Notes: generated by a model not told the origin, from the letters alone. 32,000 nt of DNA from Candidatus Thorarchaeota archaeon (GCA_048882505.1 JBHLRO010000022.1:30001-62000), one strand, 5' to 3'. Numbered from the stretch's first letter, positions 17,328-26,757 are shown. Numbers and translations: made by a program.

Positions 17328-18959
17328 CTAACTGGAAAGATCTAAGGCTGCCTTTTGGGTTGGAGCTAGCTTTGCTCGACCCTTTTTCCACCACCATATA
17401 CCCCCTAGGATTAATGCTCCAATAAATACAAGTACTTCTAAAGTTATCACCACAATGTCCATTGAGATTGAGTCTGCTAGTGTAGGAAGGACATAGGCCA
17501 ATTGGGTCGCCAATGTTGCCTGAAGGTTAACACCAAACAAAAAATCAAGAGCAGGAAGAGTGCCTCCAGCCAAGGTTCCAAGGCTCGCGATAAGCTGGCC
17601 AAATCGATGGCTACTTACACTCAGCCTAGGTAGAATCATTTCTTGGAGTAAAGTCCCCCGTTCGTTTCTAATGTAGATTTTTCCGTTTAACGGGGTCGAT
17701 CTGAGACCAGGATCCACTAATGGTGTTACAAAGAATACAAGTTCCATGGGGAAGTTCTGTGATTCAATATTTACCCGTTGGTATGTTGGTTGAACCAAAC
17801 ATCCAGAAAGAAGCGGTTCAACATGCAATTGACGGGTTGGTTCTACTAGTTCGAATTTATCTCGAACTTCTGTCTCCTGTTCACCTGAAAAGACGTGAGT
17901 TTTATCTCGCATGATCTCTCTTGCTCGAGACGACAACGTAACTGTAAAAGGATAGGTTTTCCGAGGATTCATTCGAGAGAAGTAATGGAGATGTGTGTGT
18001 ATCGTTCGAGGAGAGGGTTTCTGCCCGATAGTAACTTCATCCGCAGAGGTATCTACTTCCGACTCTCTTGGTTTGGCCTTAGACATTTCATCGGAAGCGG
18101 GAGCTGGCATACCAGCAGCGAGATCATCCCCCACCGTCGAAGATGAGATTGAAAGAAAGGAGTCTTCCATTGGGGTAGGTTCAGGGGTAGTTGGAGGCGG
18201 TTCGGGAATAGCAGCCAAAGAGGGAGAACTTGGGGTCTTTCGACTCTTTTTCTGCTTATCCTCGATCCCACTGGAACTCACAGAAGTAGGCTTTGGAGCA
18301 GGTTGTGGTGGGCGTATGGCTTGACCAGGAGGAGGTGGAGGAGCTGCCTTTGCGCGAGCTGGTGCGCGGCGGCTCCTCAATTCAGACAGTTCTTCTTTTT
18401 CTTCCTCCTTTCCTTCTTCACCGGGAAGATCGCCAGATTTTTCCCATAAAGAAGATAGGGTATCTGGAGTAAGTTCCGATTCTTCCTTGGTCAAGATTGC
18501 CTCTGGTGGGGCTTTGGAAGATTTTTCCAGAAGTTCTAAGTCTGCCTTACTGTCAAGAATCTCCTCTAGTTTACTAGACAGCTCTGCTGCTGCCTTTGAG
18601 TAAATTATATCTGAAGATAGGGCCATTTCGGTTAGAAGGGCCTGGAGTTCGGATTGTTCGGCGAGGAAGTGCCATGTAGCCACCGCTTTAAGGAGAACAT
18701 TGATTAACATCAATCTTCCAGCATCTGTTCCATTTCTCAGCACCGAGAGGATCATGGGAACAAATTTTTGTGGAGAAGGGAGAAAATATTCTTGGAGTTT
18801 AGCAACCAAGTAATGCACAAATTCGTCATGATCAATCCAGGGTGAATCTTCGGGGAGAGATAATAGAAACTTAGGGACAAAATCTAGAAAGTTCTCTGCG
18901 GAGTGTAATGAGAATGGAAAAATCATCAGGAAACCAACCAATACTATTTGAACAGTCAT
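17328..18959 (-). CDS. Hypothetical protein: helical N-terminus, Pro/Ser/Glu-rich disordered linker, beta-rich domain, C-terminal TM helices
   Basis: 543-aa ORF with PPPPPG and PEPPPTTPEP tracts. Hydrophobic segments near the C-terminus followed by WWWKKGRAK. Lies 49 bp upstream of the M16 pair. Confidence 0.7.
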   Translation of the reverse strand: MTVQIVLVGFLMIFPFSLHSAENFLDFVPKFLLSLPEDSPWIDHDEFVHYLVAKLQEYFLPSPQKFVPMILSVLRNGTDAGRLMLINVLLKAVATWHFLAEQSELQALLTEMALSSDIIYSKAAAELSSKLEEILDSKADLELLEKSSKAPPEAILTKEESELTPDTLSSLWEKSGDLPGEEGKEEEKEELSELRSRRAPARAKAAPPPPPGQAIRPPQPAPKPTSVSSSGIEDKQKKSRKTPSSPSLAAIPEPPPTTPEPTPMEDSFLSISSSTVGDDLAAGMPAPASDEMSKAKPRESEVDTSADEVTIGQKPSPRTIHTHLHYFSRMNPRKTYPFTVTLSSRAREIMRDKTHVFSGEQETEVRDKFELVEPTRQLHVEPLLSGCLVQPTYQRVNIESQNFPMELVFFVTPLVDPGLRSTPLNGKIYIRNERGTLLQEMILPRLSVSSHRFGQLIASLGTLAGGTLPALDFLFGVNLQATLATQLAYVLPTLADSISMDIVVITLEVLVFIGALILGGIWWWKKGRAKLAPTQKAALDLSS

Positions 18960-19478
18960 TGGTGTTCAAAAATATATCCTTTTCCCAGTAACGCCAGGAA
19001 TGGGTGGCGATTGGTGTTCATCATCAATATATCTTTATTTCAACCTAGACATACCGAGGAGCTTCCCCAACAGGCTCGAATTCTCTCGTTCAGATATCAG
19101 GTAGAATTTTTTTTAAATTTGCATGAGGATTCCCGCCATCTCCATACTCGGTGGGATGCTTAGTGCTTGACGATACTCTAAGATTTCTGTATACAAATCA
19201 TGTAACAAATGAAAGTTATTAACTGATTATCTAAAGAAAGACCTGGTAGAGCGCAAATAGTTCGGGTATGGATGTTTCCCTTGGGATTTTAAGTTCGTTT
19301 ATCATTCTTTTCAAATTTCGCCAAAGATTCAGGATGTCTTGCCTGGAAATCCACGAGACTTATTCAGAAAACTCTAAGGAAATGAATTTCATGGCCTATT
19401 TGTGTCCCCTCCTGATGATCGATAGAATGTTGACTTATTTTCACCGTCATATAGGCGTAGTGAGCGATCTTTGTTAAG

Positions 19479-19925
19479 TCATTTAAGGTTAAGATGTTCT
19501 TGATAGATAGTAAGTTCACGTAGAATCTCTGATATGATCTTATCATAGGGCCGCAAAAGTCGAATTAAAACTTTATCCTGAAACATTTCCGTTGGTGAGA
19601 GTCCCTGCCTAATTAACTCTGGCAATCCACTTGGAACGTAAACGATCCCTTCCCGAATTAAGCGATAGATCTCCTGAAGCACCCGTGCCTTCTCCTCTAT
19701 GGTTTTAATGTCTAAGGCGTCAAGAATCTCAGGAAGATTCTGCTGGGGAGCATCTTTAAACGAAAGAAGCAAGATAACTCTCTCCATTAACTGAGCTATG
19801 CGCTCTGCATCAGCTTTTTCTTTTGAGGAACCCTTTCGCTCGGCTACGCCGTTCTTCTCCTTTAAAAGAAATAATTTCCCGAGAATTCTATCGGTTTTCT
19901 CTTGCGTATTTGATGTTGGGCACAT
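19479..19925 (-). CDS. Hypothetical protein, possible winged helix
   Basis: 148-aa ORF; NLPEILDALDI...VLQEIYRLIREGIVYV resembles a wHTH. Confidence 0.55.
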   Translation of the reverse strand: MCPTSNTQEKTDRILGKLFLLKEKNGVAERKGSSKEKADAERIAQLMERVILLLSFKDAPQQNLPEILDALDIKTIEEKARVLQEIYRLIREGIVYVPSGLPELIRQGLSPTEMFQDKVLIRLLRPYDKIISEILRELTIYQEHLNLK

Positions 19926-20198
19926 TAGAAATCCTGCTTAGCTTTGGCTAGCTCGGAAAAGCTAGCACGATAACGACCACGGAGTCTTCCAGAAAAGCTA
20001 GGAAAATATCTGCATAACATCTTCCCGTATCAACGCGTGCGGTATATGGACAACTGAGGATGGCCTATCTAAGGCGTCTAATTATCGGGATCTTATATAA
20101 AAACGCCAAAAAAGGAATTCTTTAAACTTCGAACACTTCCGAAAAACATTGAGGAAAGGAGTATTAAGCAAGCTCGAGTCAAAGTAAAATGGATAAAA

Positions 20199-21026
20199 AT
20201 GTCACAAATGCGCTTAATTGATGAGGACGAGCAAGAGATAAGTTTCCAAAGTCAGAAAATAAAACGAAAAATCGTAGTTCTTTCTGGCAAAGGAGGAGTA
20301 GGTAAATCGACTGTAGCCACCAATCTTGCTCTCGCATTTGCCAAGAAATTTGGGAAAGGAAAAGTTGGAATCATTGATTTGGATCTCTCTGGCCCAAATA
20401 TCCCCAAAATGCTTGGCATTGAGGATAAGAAAGTACAAGCTGCAGTTAAATCTCCTGTGGAAACAGGAAAAGAGCTATTAGAGCCTGTAGAAGGACCGTT
20501 GGGACTCAAAGTAGTATCCATGGGATTTTTTTTGGAAACTCGTTCTACGCCAGTAGTTTGGCGTGGTCCCATTAAAATCAAGGCACTTCGACAATTTATG
20601 GACGATTTCGATTGGGGTGAGTTGGAGATACTAATCTTTGATATGCCCCCAGGGACAGGCGATGAAGCACTATCCGTTATGCAACTCCTACCAGAGATGG
20701 ATGGTGTAGTAATAGTAACTACTCCCCAGGAGGTTGCTCTCTTAGATACGGGAAAATCGTTAACCATGTCCCGGGAAATGCAACGCCCAGTGATTGGTAT
20801 CGTAGAGAATATGGCGACTTTTCAGTGTCCCAATTGTGGTACCCAACATCCCATCTTTGGTGAAGGGGGCGGTCAAAGGCTCGCAAAAGAGTTTAATACC
20901 GATTTGCTTGGCCAAATTCCTCTAGATCCCGTTATTCGGGTAAAGGAAGATCAAGGAATATCCAAACCATTTGATTATTTCGTTCCCATTGTAGATCGGA
21001 TACTTGAGAAGATTGACTCTGCTTAG
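20199..21026 (+). CDS. mrp: Mrp/NBP35 (ApbC) Fe-S cluster carrier ATPase
   Basis: SGKGGVGKST, DLDLSGPNIPKMLG, VVWRGP, DMPPGTGDE, VTTPQEVA, VENMATFQCPNCG. Confidence 0.93.
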   Translation: MSQMRLIDEDEQEISFQSQKIKRKIVVLSGKGGVGKSTVATNLALAFAKKFGKGKVGIIDLDLSGPNIPKMLGIEDKKVQAAVKSPVETGKELLEPVEGPLGLKVVSMGFFLETRSTPVVWRGPIKIKALRQFMDDFDWGELEILIFDMPPGTGDEALSVMQLLPEMDGVVIVTTPQEVALLDTGKSLTMSREMQRPVIGIVENMATFQCPNCGTQHPIFGEGGGQRLAKEFNTDLLGQIPLDPVIRVKEDQGISKPFDYFVPIVDRILEKIDSA

Positions 21027-21036
21027 GTATCGTCAA

Positions 21037-21067
21037 AGGAATCTTCCTCCCCTTTTTTTTCCATTTT
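21037..21067 (+). terminator. T-tract terminator after mrp
   Basis: AGGA-ATCT-TCCT followed by a T8 run, about 10 nt after the stop codon. Confidence 0.4.
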
Positions 21068-21328
21068 AAATTATTGGGACTCTAATCAATGTTAAAATTC
21101 CACAAAGACCTTTTCCGGAATCTTTTACGAGGCCCACCTACTTTCCGGAAATTTTCCCGTTGGCGTCACTCTCCGAAAATAGATGGTGTTATAATTCCAA
21201 GGTTCAATGAGTTGGTGACTTATCAAAAGTTGATTTATGATAGGCTCTAATCTTAATTTGTTGAATATGATACTGTTTCTACATATCTTGTTCGATCCTG
21301 TCGGCTTCATACCGTAGTGTGTACCTCC

Positions 21329-21772
21329 ATGCCGAAGCTATTAATCTTTGAATCGGGATTAATCAGGAACGGATTACCCCTAATTCGAAGGCAATACCTT
21401 GAGTCAGAAGATCTGAAAGCCAATCCCACTCTTGTTGGGGGATTCTTGTCGGCCATTCAACAGTTTACAGCTGCAACGTTCAAAGATCTTCCAACTTTAC
21501 TTAAAATGGAAAAATATATGGCTTGTCTCAAGAGGATCGATTGGCCTTCGGATAACGTCCTTCTATATGCTATCTGTGATGGCAAAGGTGACCCCAAGAT
21601 AATCCAGAACGCCCTCGCCAAGATCACCAAGCGTTTGGTGGGATGGGAGACCGCATTGCAGAGTATAGATACTGAGGATTATAAGGGGCTTTTTCCAATC
21701 TTTGATGAAGAGTTCTCATTGTTAAACCGAAACTATGCGGATTCGTTTGTGGATTGGTTAGCGGAAGTATGA
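21329..21772 (+). CDS. Longin-like domain protein
   Basis: LLIFESGLIRNGLPLIRRQY...PTLVGGFLSAIQQF...LLYAICD, the typical Asgard-type longin signature. ATG at 21329 preferred over GTG at 21317. Confidence 0.7.
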   Translation: MPKLLIFESGLIRNGLPLIRRQYLESEDLKANPTLVGGFLSAIQQFTAATFKDLPTLLKMEKYMACLKRIDWPSDNVLLYAICDGKGDPKIIQNALAKITKRLVGWETALQSIDTEDYKGLFPIFDEEFSLLNRNYADSFVDWLAEV

Positions 21773-21867
21773 CCAATTAAAAAGGGATAATCGAATCCTG
21801 GACGCGATCGGCTCATTTCGGTATCGTTAATCTAGTGTTTTCGAAGTTGAGTTGATGAGAATCCTGA

Positions 21868-22029
21868 ATATGGATTCCAATCCCTAATCTTCGGGTAGGT
21901 CTCTTCTTTTCCCTGTTGATAGCTCTGGAAAAGCTGACCCCGCCACGTCTTGCTGAAGGCCTTGATCTTACGCCTTCCAATTAGTGGATATCATAACTAG
22001 TCATGAGAAATCCCCGGTCCAAGGAAAAA
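21868..22029 (-). pseudogene. Fragment of a DUF362 paralog (3' end)
   Basis: Ungapped match to 22647..22808, with 37 of 54 codons encoding identical residues. HDWIWYP has become HD*L*YP (TAG at 21999-21997, TGA at 21993-21991), and the terminal TAA has become TCA. Confidence 0.87.
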
Positions 22030-22030
22030 A

Positions 22031-22063
22031 TACGTAGAGTCATTTATCGACTGGCTAGCTGAC
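22031..22063 (+). pseudogene. 3' remnant of a longin-gene paralog
   Basis: YVESFIDWLAD versus YADSFVDWLAE at 21734..21766: 7 of 11 identical, with differences concentrated at third codon positions. Confidence 0.6.
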
Positions 22064-22115
22064 CAACGTGTAAGTTGTTCATATACTGTAAAAATCTAGA
22101 AGAGAGGTTATACAG

Positions 22116-22325
22116 TTAAGTCTCCACTGGATCTTTAGGTGAAACCAAAATGCGAGACTGAAAAGCGGCGAGAAGAAGTACGGAGCCAGGTATGAGAAGT
22201 AACATACTGGTGACACCATAAATCGTTTTCACACTGATGTCTGTCAGAAATATGAGCAGGGTGTGTACCCCAAGAACCCAGAGCATAATTGCAAGGGCCA
22301 AAAAAATGTACTCTTGTCGATTCAT
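22116..22325 (-). CDS. Small two-TM membrane protein
   Basis: 69-aa ORF with an ATG start and two clear hydrophobic segments. Confidence 0.5.
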   Translation of the reverse strand: MNRQEYIFLALAIMLWVLGVHTLLIFLTDISVKTIYGVTSMLLLIPGSVLLLAAFQSRILVSPKDPVET

Positions 22326-22643
22326 AGTTACAATTCAATCAAAGATGTATTAATAGTTTCCTCTTTCGGAACTCCCATTATCACAAATATATAACTTAAA
22401 TTCATGTTGTTTTTTTTCGCGATAACAGTATGTTCCCTTTGTTGGGATTTAAGTACGAAAAACAGAGTTTATTTCCCAACTCTGAATCAGAGTAATGATG
22501 ACTCATGAAAATCATTTTCTACATTTGTGGATCGTCAGGCGACGCGTCATATTCAAATTCGATAATTGTTGTCCAAAAGAAAGAACCCATCCACTTATTC
22601 GGTAATCCCATTAAAACATCCTTAAGTGAGTCTTCTCTAGGAT

Positions 22644-23789
22644 TTAATACGGGTTCCAATCTCTAATCTTAGGGTACGTCTCTTTTTCTCCATACTCATA
22701 TTTTTGAAAGAGGTGTCCCCAGTCCGTTTCTTCAAATGCCTTGATCTTGCGTTTTCCGATTAGAGGGTACCATATCCAGTCGTGATAAATCCCGGATCCA
22801 AGAATAAAGAGCTTGAAGAAAGGTGTATAGAATAATAACCAGTGGAGAGGTTTAAGAGGACGGTATCGATAGGTAGTACTTCTCAATCTTTGATCCCAGC
22901 GAACCACCAAGCTTCGTTTTGTCTTGAATCTGAAATTCGTAACCTTAAATTGTTCTTCTTCCCATCCTATTATATCGATCTGCTCTACATCCCCCTGCCC
23001 TAAACCCTGATCATGGGCCAAAGCGATGTATTTTATTGATAGAGGATCAAAGCCCATCAATTTTGCTGCTACCGCATCGATAGCTACCTGATCCTCGCTG
23101 GCCAGTAAAAGGTTTAACGGGCGTGGTTCCATAACGCGAGGTCCAGCACCGTCTCCAGCCACTGTACCATCCATCACAGCTAAAAGCCCAGGATGGATTT
23201 CTTTCTGAATGGCCAAGAGATCCACAAGTATTTGATGTATAATTTTATGGCTGTGGTGACGATATTTTGGAATTAAACCTCCAAAAGCGTTTTTAATCGC
23301 GCCTGTGGTCACAGTATGTCCGTGGGTCTTGAACGTTGGAAGATGAACCATGTTGCTATTCAGAAAGATCTCAGGAACTATAATCTGGTCTTTGAACAGT
23401 TCCCGCATCCCTGGAACGTCTGACTTTGGCTCGTAGTGCACCCATTTTTCATTGGTTAATGGTCTATATACTGTATTTTGCTTCTTGAGTATTGCCAACC
23501 ATTTATTCAAGTAGGCCCCCTTATATGGATGAGTTACGACTGTTTGATTCTCAGTAGGAATTATTTTAGCCGGGTCAAACCCATCATCAATGAATTTTTG
23601 AAGAACACCATCCAATTGCCATGGAGGGGTTGAACATGCTGGATAGAAGAGAGACCAAGATAAATTGATTTTAAAAATCGTGTCGATTTCTTTTTTTAGA
23701 ACACGTTGATAGTCGATGAGATCTAGAATCCGGGAATAGTCTGTGGTCACCTGCTGGGGGCTTGTCGATAGAATAGCAACCTTACTCAT
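22644..23789 (-). CDS. DUF362 family protein
   Basis: KINLSW...PACSTPPW, HLPTFKTHGHTVTTGAIKNAFGGL, VMDGTVAGDGAGP, DQVAIDAVAAKLMGFDPLSIKYI. Confidence 0.9.
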   Translation of the reverse strand: MSKVAILSTSPQQVTTDYSRILDLIDYQRVLKKEIDTIFKINLSWSLFYPACSTPPWQLDGVLQKFIDDGFDPAKIIPTENQTVVTHPYKGAYLNKWLAILKKQNTVYRPLTNEKWVHYEPKSDVPGMRELFKDQIIVPEIFLNSNMVHLPTFKTHGHTVTTGAIKNAFGGLIPKYRHHSHKIIHQILVDLLAIQKEIHPGLLAVMDGTVAGDGAGPRVMEPRPLNLLLASEDQVAIDAVAAKLMGFDPLSIKYIALAHDQGLGQGDVEQIDIIGWEEEQFKVTNFRFKTKRSLVVRWDQRLRSTTYRYRPLKPLHWLLFYTPFFKLFILGSGIYHDWIWYPLIGKRKIKAFEETDWGHLFQKYEYGEKETYPKIRDWNPY

Positions 23790-24099
23790 ATCTAAACATC
23801 GCCATATAATCAGAATGTTGTTTTATCCAAAAAGATTCCGTGAAAATTACTGAAATGAATACTAGAAAGCGCTAATGTTTCCGCTCCTCCTCGTTCTAGA
23901 GTTAAAATATGAATATTATCTGCATTCAGGAAGGTAAATCAACAATCAAAACGGATGGTGCTGCTTCTAGAACTCATTCACTGCATTGGAGTGTGTTCTC
24001 AACCCAATGTTCATCGGGCATTTTCAAAAGAGACGAAAAGGATATGGAAAAAGGAAAAAGAGGAAATGGCTTGGCACCGCCAGCCGTTATTTATAGAAT

Positions 24100-24801
24100 T
24101 TAGGCGCCTACGGCTATTCCGCTCAGGCTGCCTCGGATTTTTAGGGGGATATTGGTAAACGCCAAACCGGCCAGGAGGATTCCAATGTTAATCACAAGGC
24201 CGCTCACAGAGGCAAAGGTCATTGGGACAAGAATGTCGTTAGTACTCAAAAAAGCTGAGATGATGCCAATAAATCCGATGACGAGGCCCAAAATGAGGAA
24301 AAGAATTTTGTTTCGGACGTCGGGACTATCTGCACTTACCTGATAAATCTGACCAAATACGTATGCCGACAGAACTAAAGCAACAGAGACGATTAGGGCG
24401 CCAACCAAAACACTTCTACTAAGCTGGAAACTCGCCGAGAAATAGAGCAACGCGTATGCGATCGTAAATAGTAAATAGGCCCCGAAAACGACGATGGCGA
24501 GGGGACTCCTATAGGCCCCATCACGTCCGTCCAGGATCAGCTTGCCCGCAAAAAAGATCGCCGTTGGAGCCCAGATCATAATGATGTTTCCGATAAATCC
24601 AAGAGCTTCCGCCTGAAATCCATAAAATGCCAACATACAGATAAATGATGAAACTCCGAATAAGATTGTTGAAAAACCGAATGTTAGATTGATCTGATTT
24701 CGGTTAGATCTTAGGATTAATAGCGTCAATAAGGTGAACGCAATCCCTAAGATGCCAAAGAAAGATCCCATTAAAATGTCAACTTCAGCCATTATTTCCA
24801 C
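24100..24801 (-). CDS. Seven-TM membrane protein (HisKA_7TM-like sensor domain, standalone)
   Basis: Seven hydrophobic helices and no soluble output domain. Confidence 0.7.
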   Translation of the reverse strand: MEIMAEVDILMGSFFGILGIAFTLLTLLILRSNRNQINLTFGFSTILFGVSSFICMLAFYGFQAEALGFIGNIIMIWAPTAIFFAGKLILDGRDGAYRSPLAIVVFGAYLLFTIAYALLYFSASFQLSRSVLVGALIVSVALVLSAYVFGQIYQVSADSPDVRNKILFLILGLVIGFIGIISAFLSTNDILVPMTFASVSGLVINIGILLAGLAFTNIPLKIRGSLSGIAVGA

Positions 24802-25064
24802 ATCGATTAGGATAATTGGATAAGAAAAGGTATACCTTCATTATAAAAATGATTATACGAAAACTGATCTCAGGCGCATGAATTCTCTAGTTTACAATCT
24901 GATTTTCGTATGGGCAAAAAAATCGGATTCGGATTGCCTCCGAGAGAAATTTTAGATTTTTTAAGGTTCTTCGTAGATGGGAAGGAGATTTGAGAGTGAG
25001 GAGGATCGCTTTCTTCCTGTATACGGGATTACTACCCTGCTAGCCCATCTTTTAGGAAGATTCG

Positions 25065-25190
25065 CTAGAGAGTCTCCAATTTTTCAATTAAGATGCTTTC
25101 AAAATCCTTGAAAATTTCGTTTACAATTGCGTACATTTTTCGTAAGTCGATTATTGTTTTCAAAAGTTGCTTTGACTCTGGTGGAATCAT
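25065..25190 (-). CDS. Putative 41-aa small protein (not in the ORF track)
   Basis: MIPPESKQLLKTIIDLRKMYAIVNEIFKDFESILIEKLETL*. ATG is preceded by GGAGTCGGTGGAAA; amphipathic periodicity. Confidence 0.4.
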   Translation of the reverse strand: MIPPESKQLLKTIIDLRKMYAIVNEIFKDFESILIEKLETL

Positions 25191-25246
25191 TTTCCACCGA
25201 CTCCTTGCTGCCGTGTTGCGCTTATGTGCTTATATATACTAGGTGT

Positions 25247-25537
25247 TTAATCCAGCCCTAATACCGCGGTGAGTCGCCCTTGACAATAGGGACAAACTGG
25301 AGATTTAAAGAGAGTGGCCAGCGTGGCATAACAGGTTCCGCACAGACAGGTGTCACCTTGGGCACACCAATAAGCTGACTCGTGTGTGGCGTGCAGGCGT
25401 TCATCGATCTGGCAGAGGAAGGGCAGTTCCAATTTCAGGTCATCGGAGATGGTCAATTTCGGGAACCTTAATGACTGGAGGTTCTGGCTTAAGAGGTTCA
25501 TTCCAACCACCTTCGCTGGATTTTTATCCTCTACCAT
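25247..25537 (-). CDS. Small RING-like/Cys-rich zinc-finger protein
   Basis: C42-x2-D45 ... C58 ... C64-L-C66-x2-C69 ... C82-P-Y-C85. Confidence 0.6.
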   Translation of the reverse strand: MVEDKNPAKVVGMNLLSQNLQSLRFPKLTISDDLKLELPFLCQIDERLHATHESAYWCAQGDTCLCGTCYATLATLFKSPVCPYCQGRLTAVLGLD

Positions 25538-25614
25538 TAGACCGAGTCCCTTTTATAAACCTGGAGTAACATCCTGACACCCTTAGATCACCCAGGGATG
25601 CTTAGGCTAGGAGC

Positions 25615-25998
25615 TCAGCGAGGTACCGCCCTACCACATTGCTCTTCGTATCTGGCCATCTCAGCTGTCGCTTCAGCCACCCACGGACACCCCCAGCGGC
25701 GTGCGTTCTCTAAAACTTCATACGCGTACTGGTTAGTGCGGCACCCCTGGCGGATTATAACGGGCTCACAATCTATGGTTCCTTCGAACACGATTTGGCC
25801 TTCTTTGAACGTACCTTTGGGCGGTCTATCACACTGCAGTTCAAAGCGGATATCCGCAAAGACCTTGGGAATTTGATCCCAGATTCGTTTATAGGACTGA
25901 CACATTCGTTCAGGCAATGTTTGCGCAACTTCCGCACCTCTCTCGTATTGAAAGAGAATTTGGGCGTCCCGTAGGACTACTCGTTCATATTCCGGCAT
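25615..25998 (-). CDS. Hypothetical protein
   Basis: 127-aa ORF with a strong GAGGTGG ribosome-binding site upstream of the ATG at 25998. Confidence 0.65.
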   Translation of the reverse strand: MPEYERVVLRDAQILFQYERGAEVAQTLPERMCQSYKRIWDQIPKVFADIRFELQCDRPPKGTFKEGQIVFEGTIDCEPVIIRQGCRTNQYAYEVLENARRWGCPWVAEATAEMARYEEQCGRAVPR

Positions 25999-26172
25999 AT
26001 ATCAACCACCTCTCATAAATTTGCTAGAAGAACAGGTACCTATGCGGTAAAAACCAACAATTTGATACCTAAATATCCTTTATTGTCTGATGTGCTATAT
26101 TAGCTTTACCATCCAAACATTGACATAGCGCCGAGGATTTCCACTTGCCTGTACTCTCATAATCAACACAAC

Positions 26173-26754
26173 CTATTTTCTTTTCCTTACTTGCACAACA
26201 TAATAGCTGGTCAAGAATCCTACTGATAGATATGTAGTCAAAAAAAGAAAGCCTCCTAGATCATTAAATTGAGTTATTTGACCTAAAATACTGGGAATTA
26301 AAACTACCCAGGCACCGATTGTGATCCAAGCCATGTAATAATAAAAGGGAGTGCTGGCAGGGATCCCCGTTTCTTCAGGTCTCCAAACTTCCGAATTAAG
26401 AACATGCGCCTCTCTTATCTTGCCCTCAAGGTATCTGTATCTAATATACGCGATGAGGAAGTTTAAACATGCAGTAATGACGCACAAAAGCGCGGCCAAA
26501 AGGCCGTCATTTATTGCGGCGCTTGTGATCACCGTAGCAGGGAGTATTTCTATTAGAAGTCCTTCAAAAACATTAAATGTCGTGTAAATGAAAGATAGGA
26601 AAAATATTAGTATAAACGACCCCTCTAGGATTGAAATTGCCACACCTTGTATGGAATAAATACTCAACATCACCCAGATAGCTCCCATAATCATCTCCAC
26701 TCCAATCAGATATTTTTGCCGTATAACCAGCGGTCCACTTCTAAGTAACCCCAT
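26173..26754 (-). CDS. Hypothetical membrane protein (~5 TM)
   Basis: 193-aa hydrophobic ORF, 3 bp downstream of the zinc-ribbon ORF. Confidence 0.6.
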   Translation of the reverse strand: MGLLRSGPLVIRQKYLIGVEMIMGAIWVMLSIYSIQGVAISILEGSFILIFFLSFIYTTFNVFEGLLIEILPATVITSAAINDGLLAALLCVITACLNFLIAYIRYRYLEGKIREAHVLNSEVWRPEETGIPASTPFYYYMAWITIGAWVVLIPSILGQITQFNDLGGFLFLTTYLSVGFLTSYYVVQVRKRK

Positions 26755-26757
26755 TTT

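Noticed and set aside
19242-19254. CCTGGTAGAGCGC, resembling a tRNA D-arm
   Set aside because: No acceptor stem, anticodon arm or correctly spaced T-arm.
19225-19480. Possible decayed methyltransferase-like frame (FHGLFVSPP)
   Set aside because: About three stops in ~85 codons is near random expectation, and the similarity rests on one short motif.
21991-21999. Stop-codon recoding (UGA/UAG as Trp or Pyl) at the DUF362 fragment
   Set aside because: Intact genes in the window end in TAG and TGA and use TGG for Trp, and the fragment has no 5' part. Nonsense mutation is simpler.
23909-24158. Short ORFs 23909..24103 (-) and 23955..24158 (+)
   Set aside because: They overlap each other and the 7-TM gene end; no motifs.
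24100-24801. Microbial rhodopsin
   Set aside because: No retinal-binding Lys (DxxxK or SxxxK) in helix 7.
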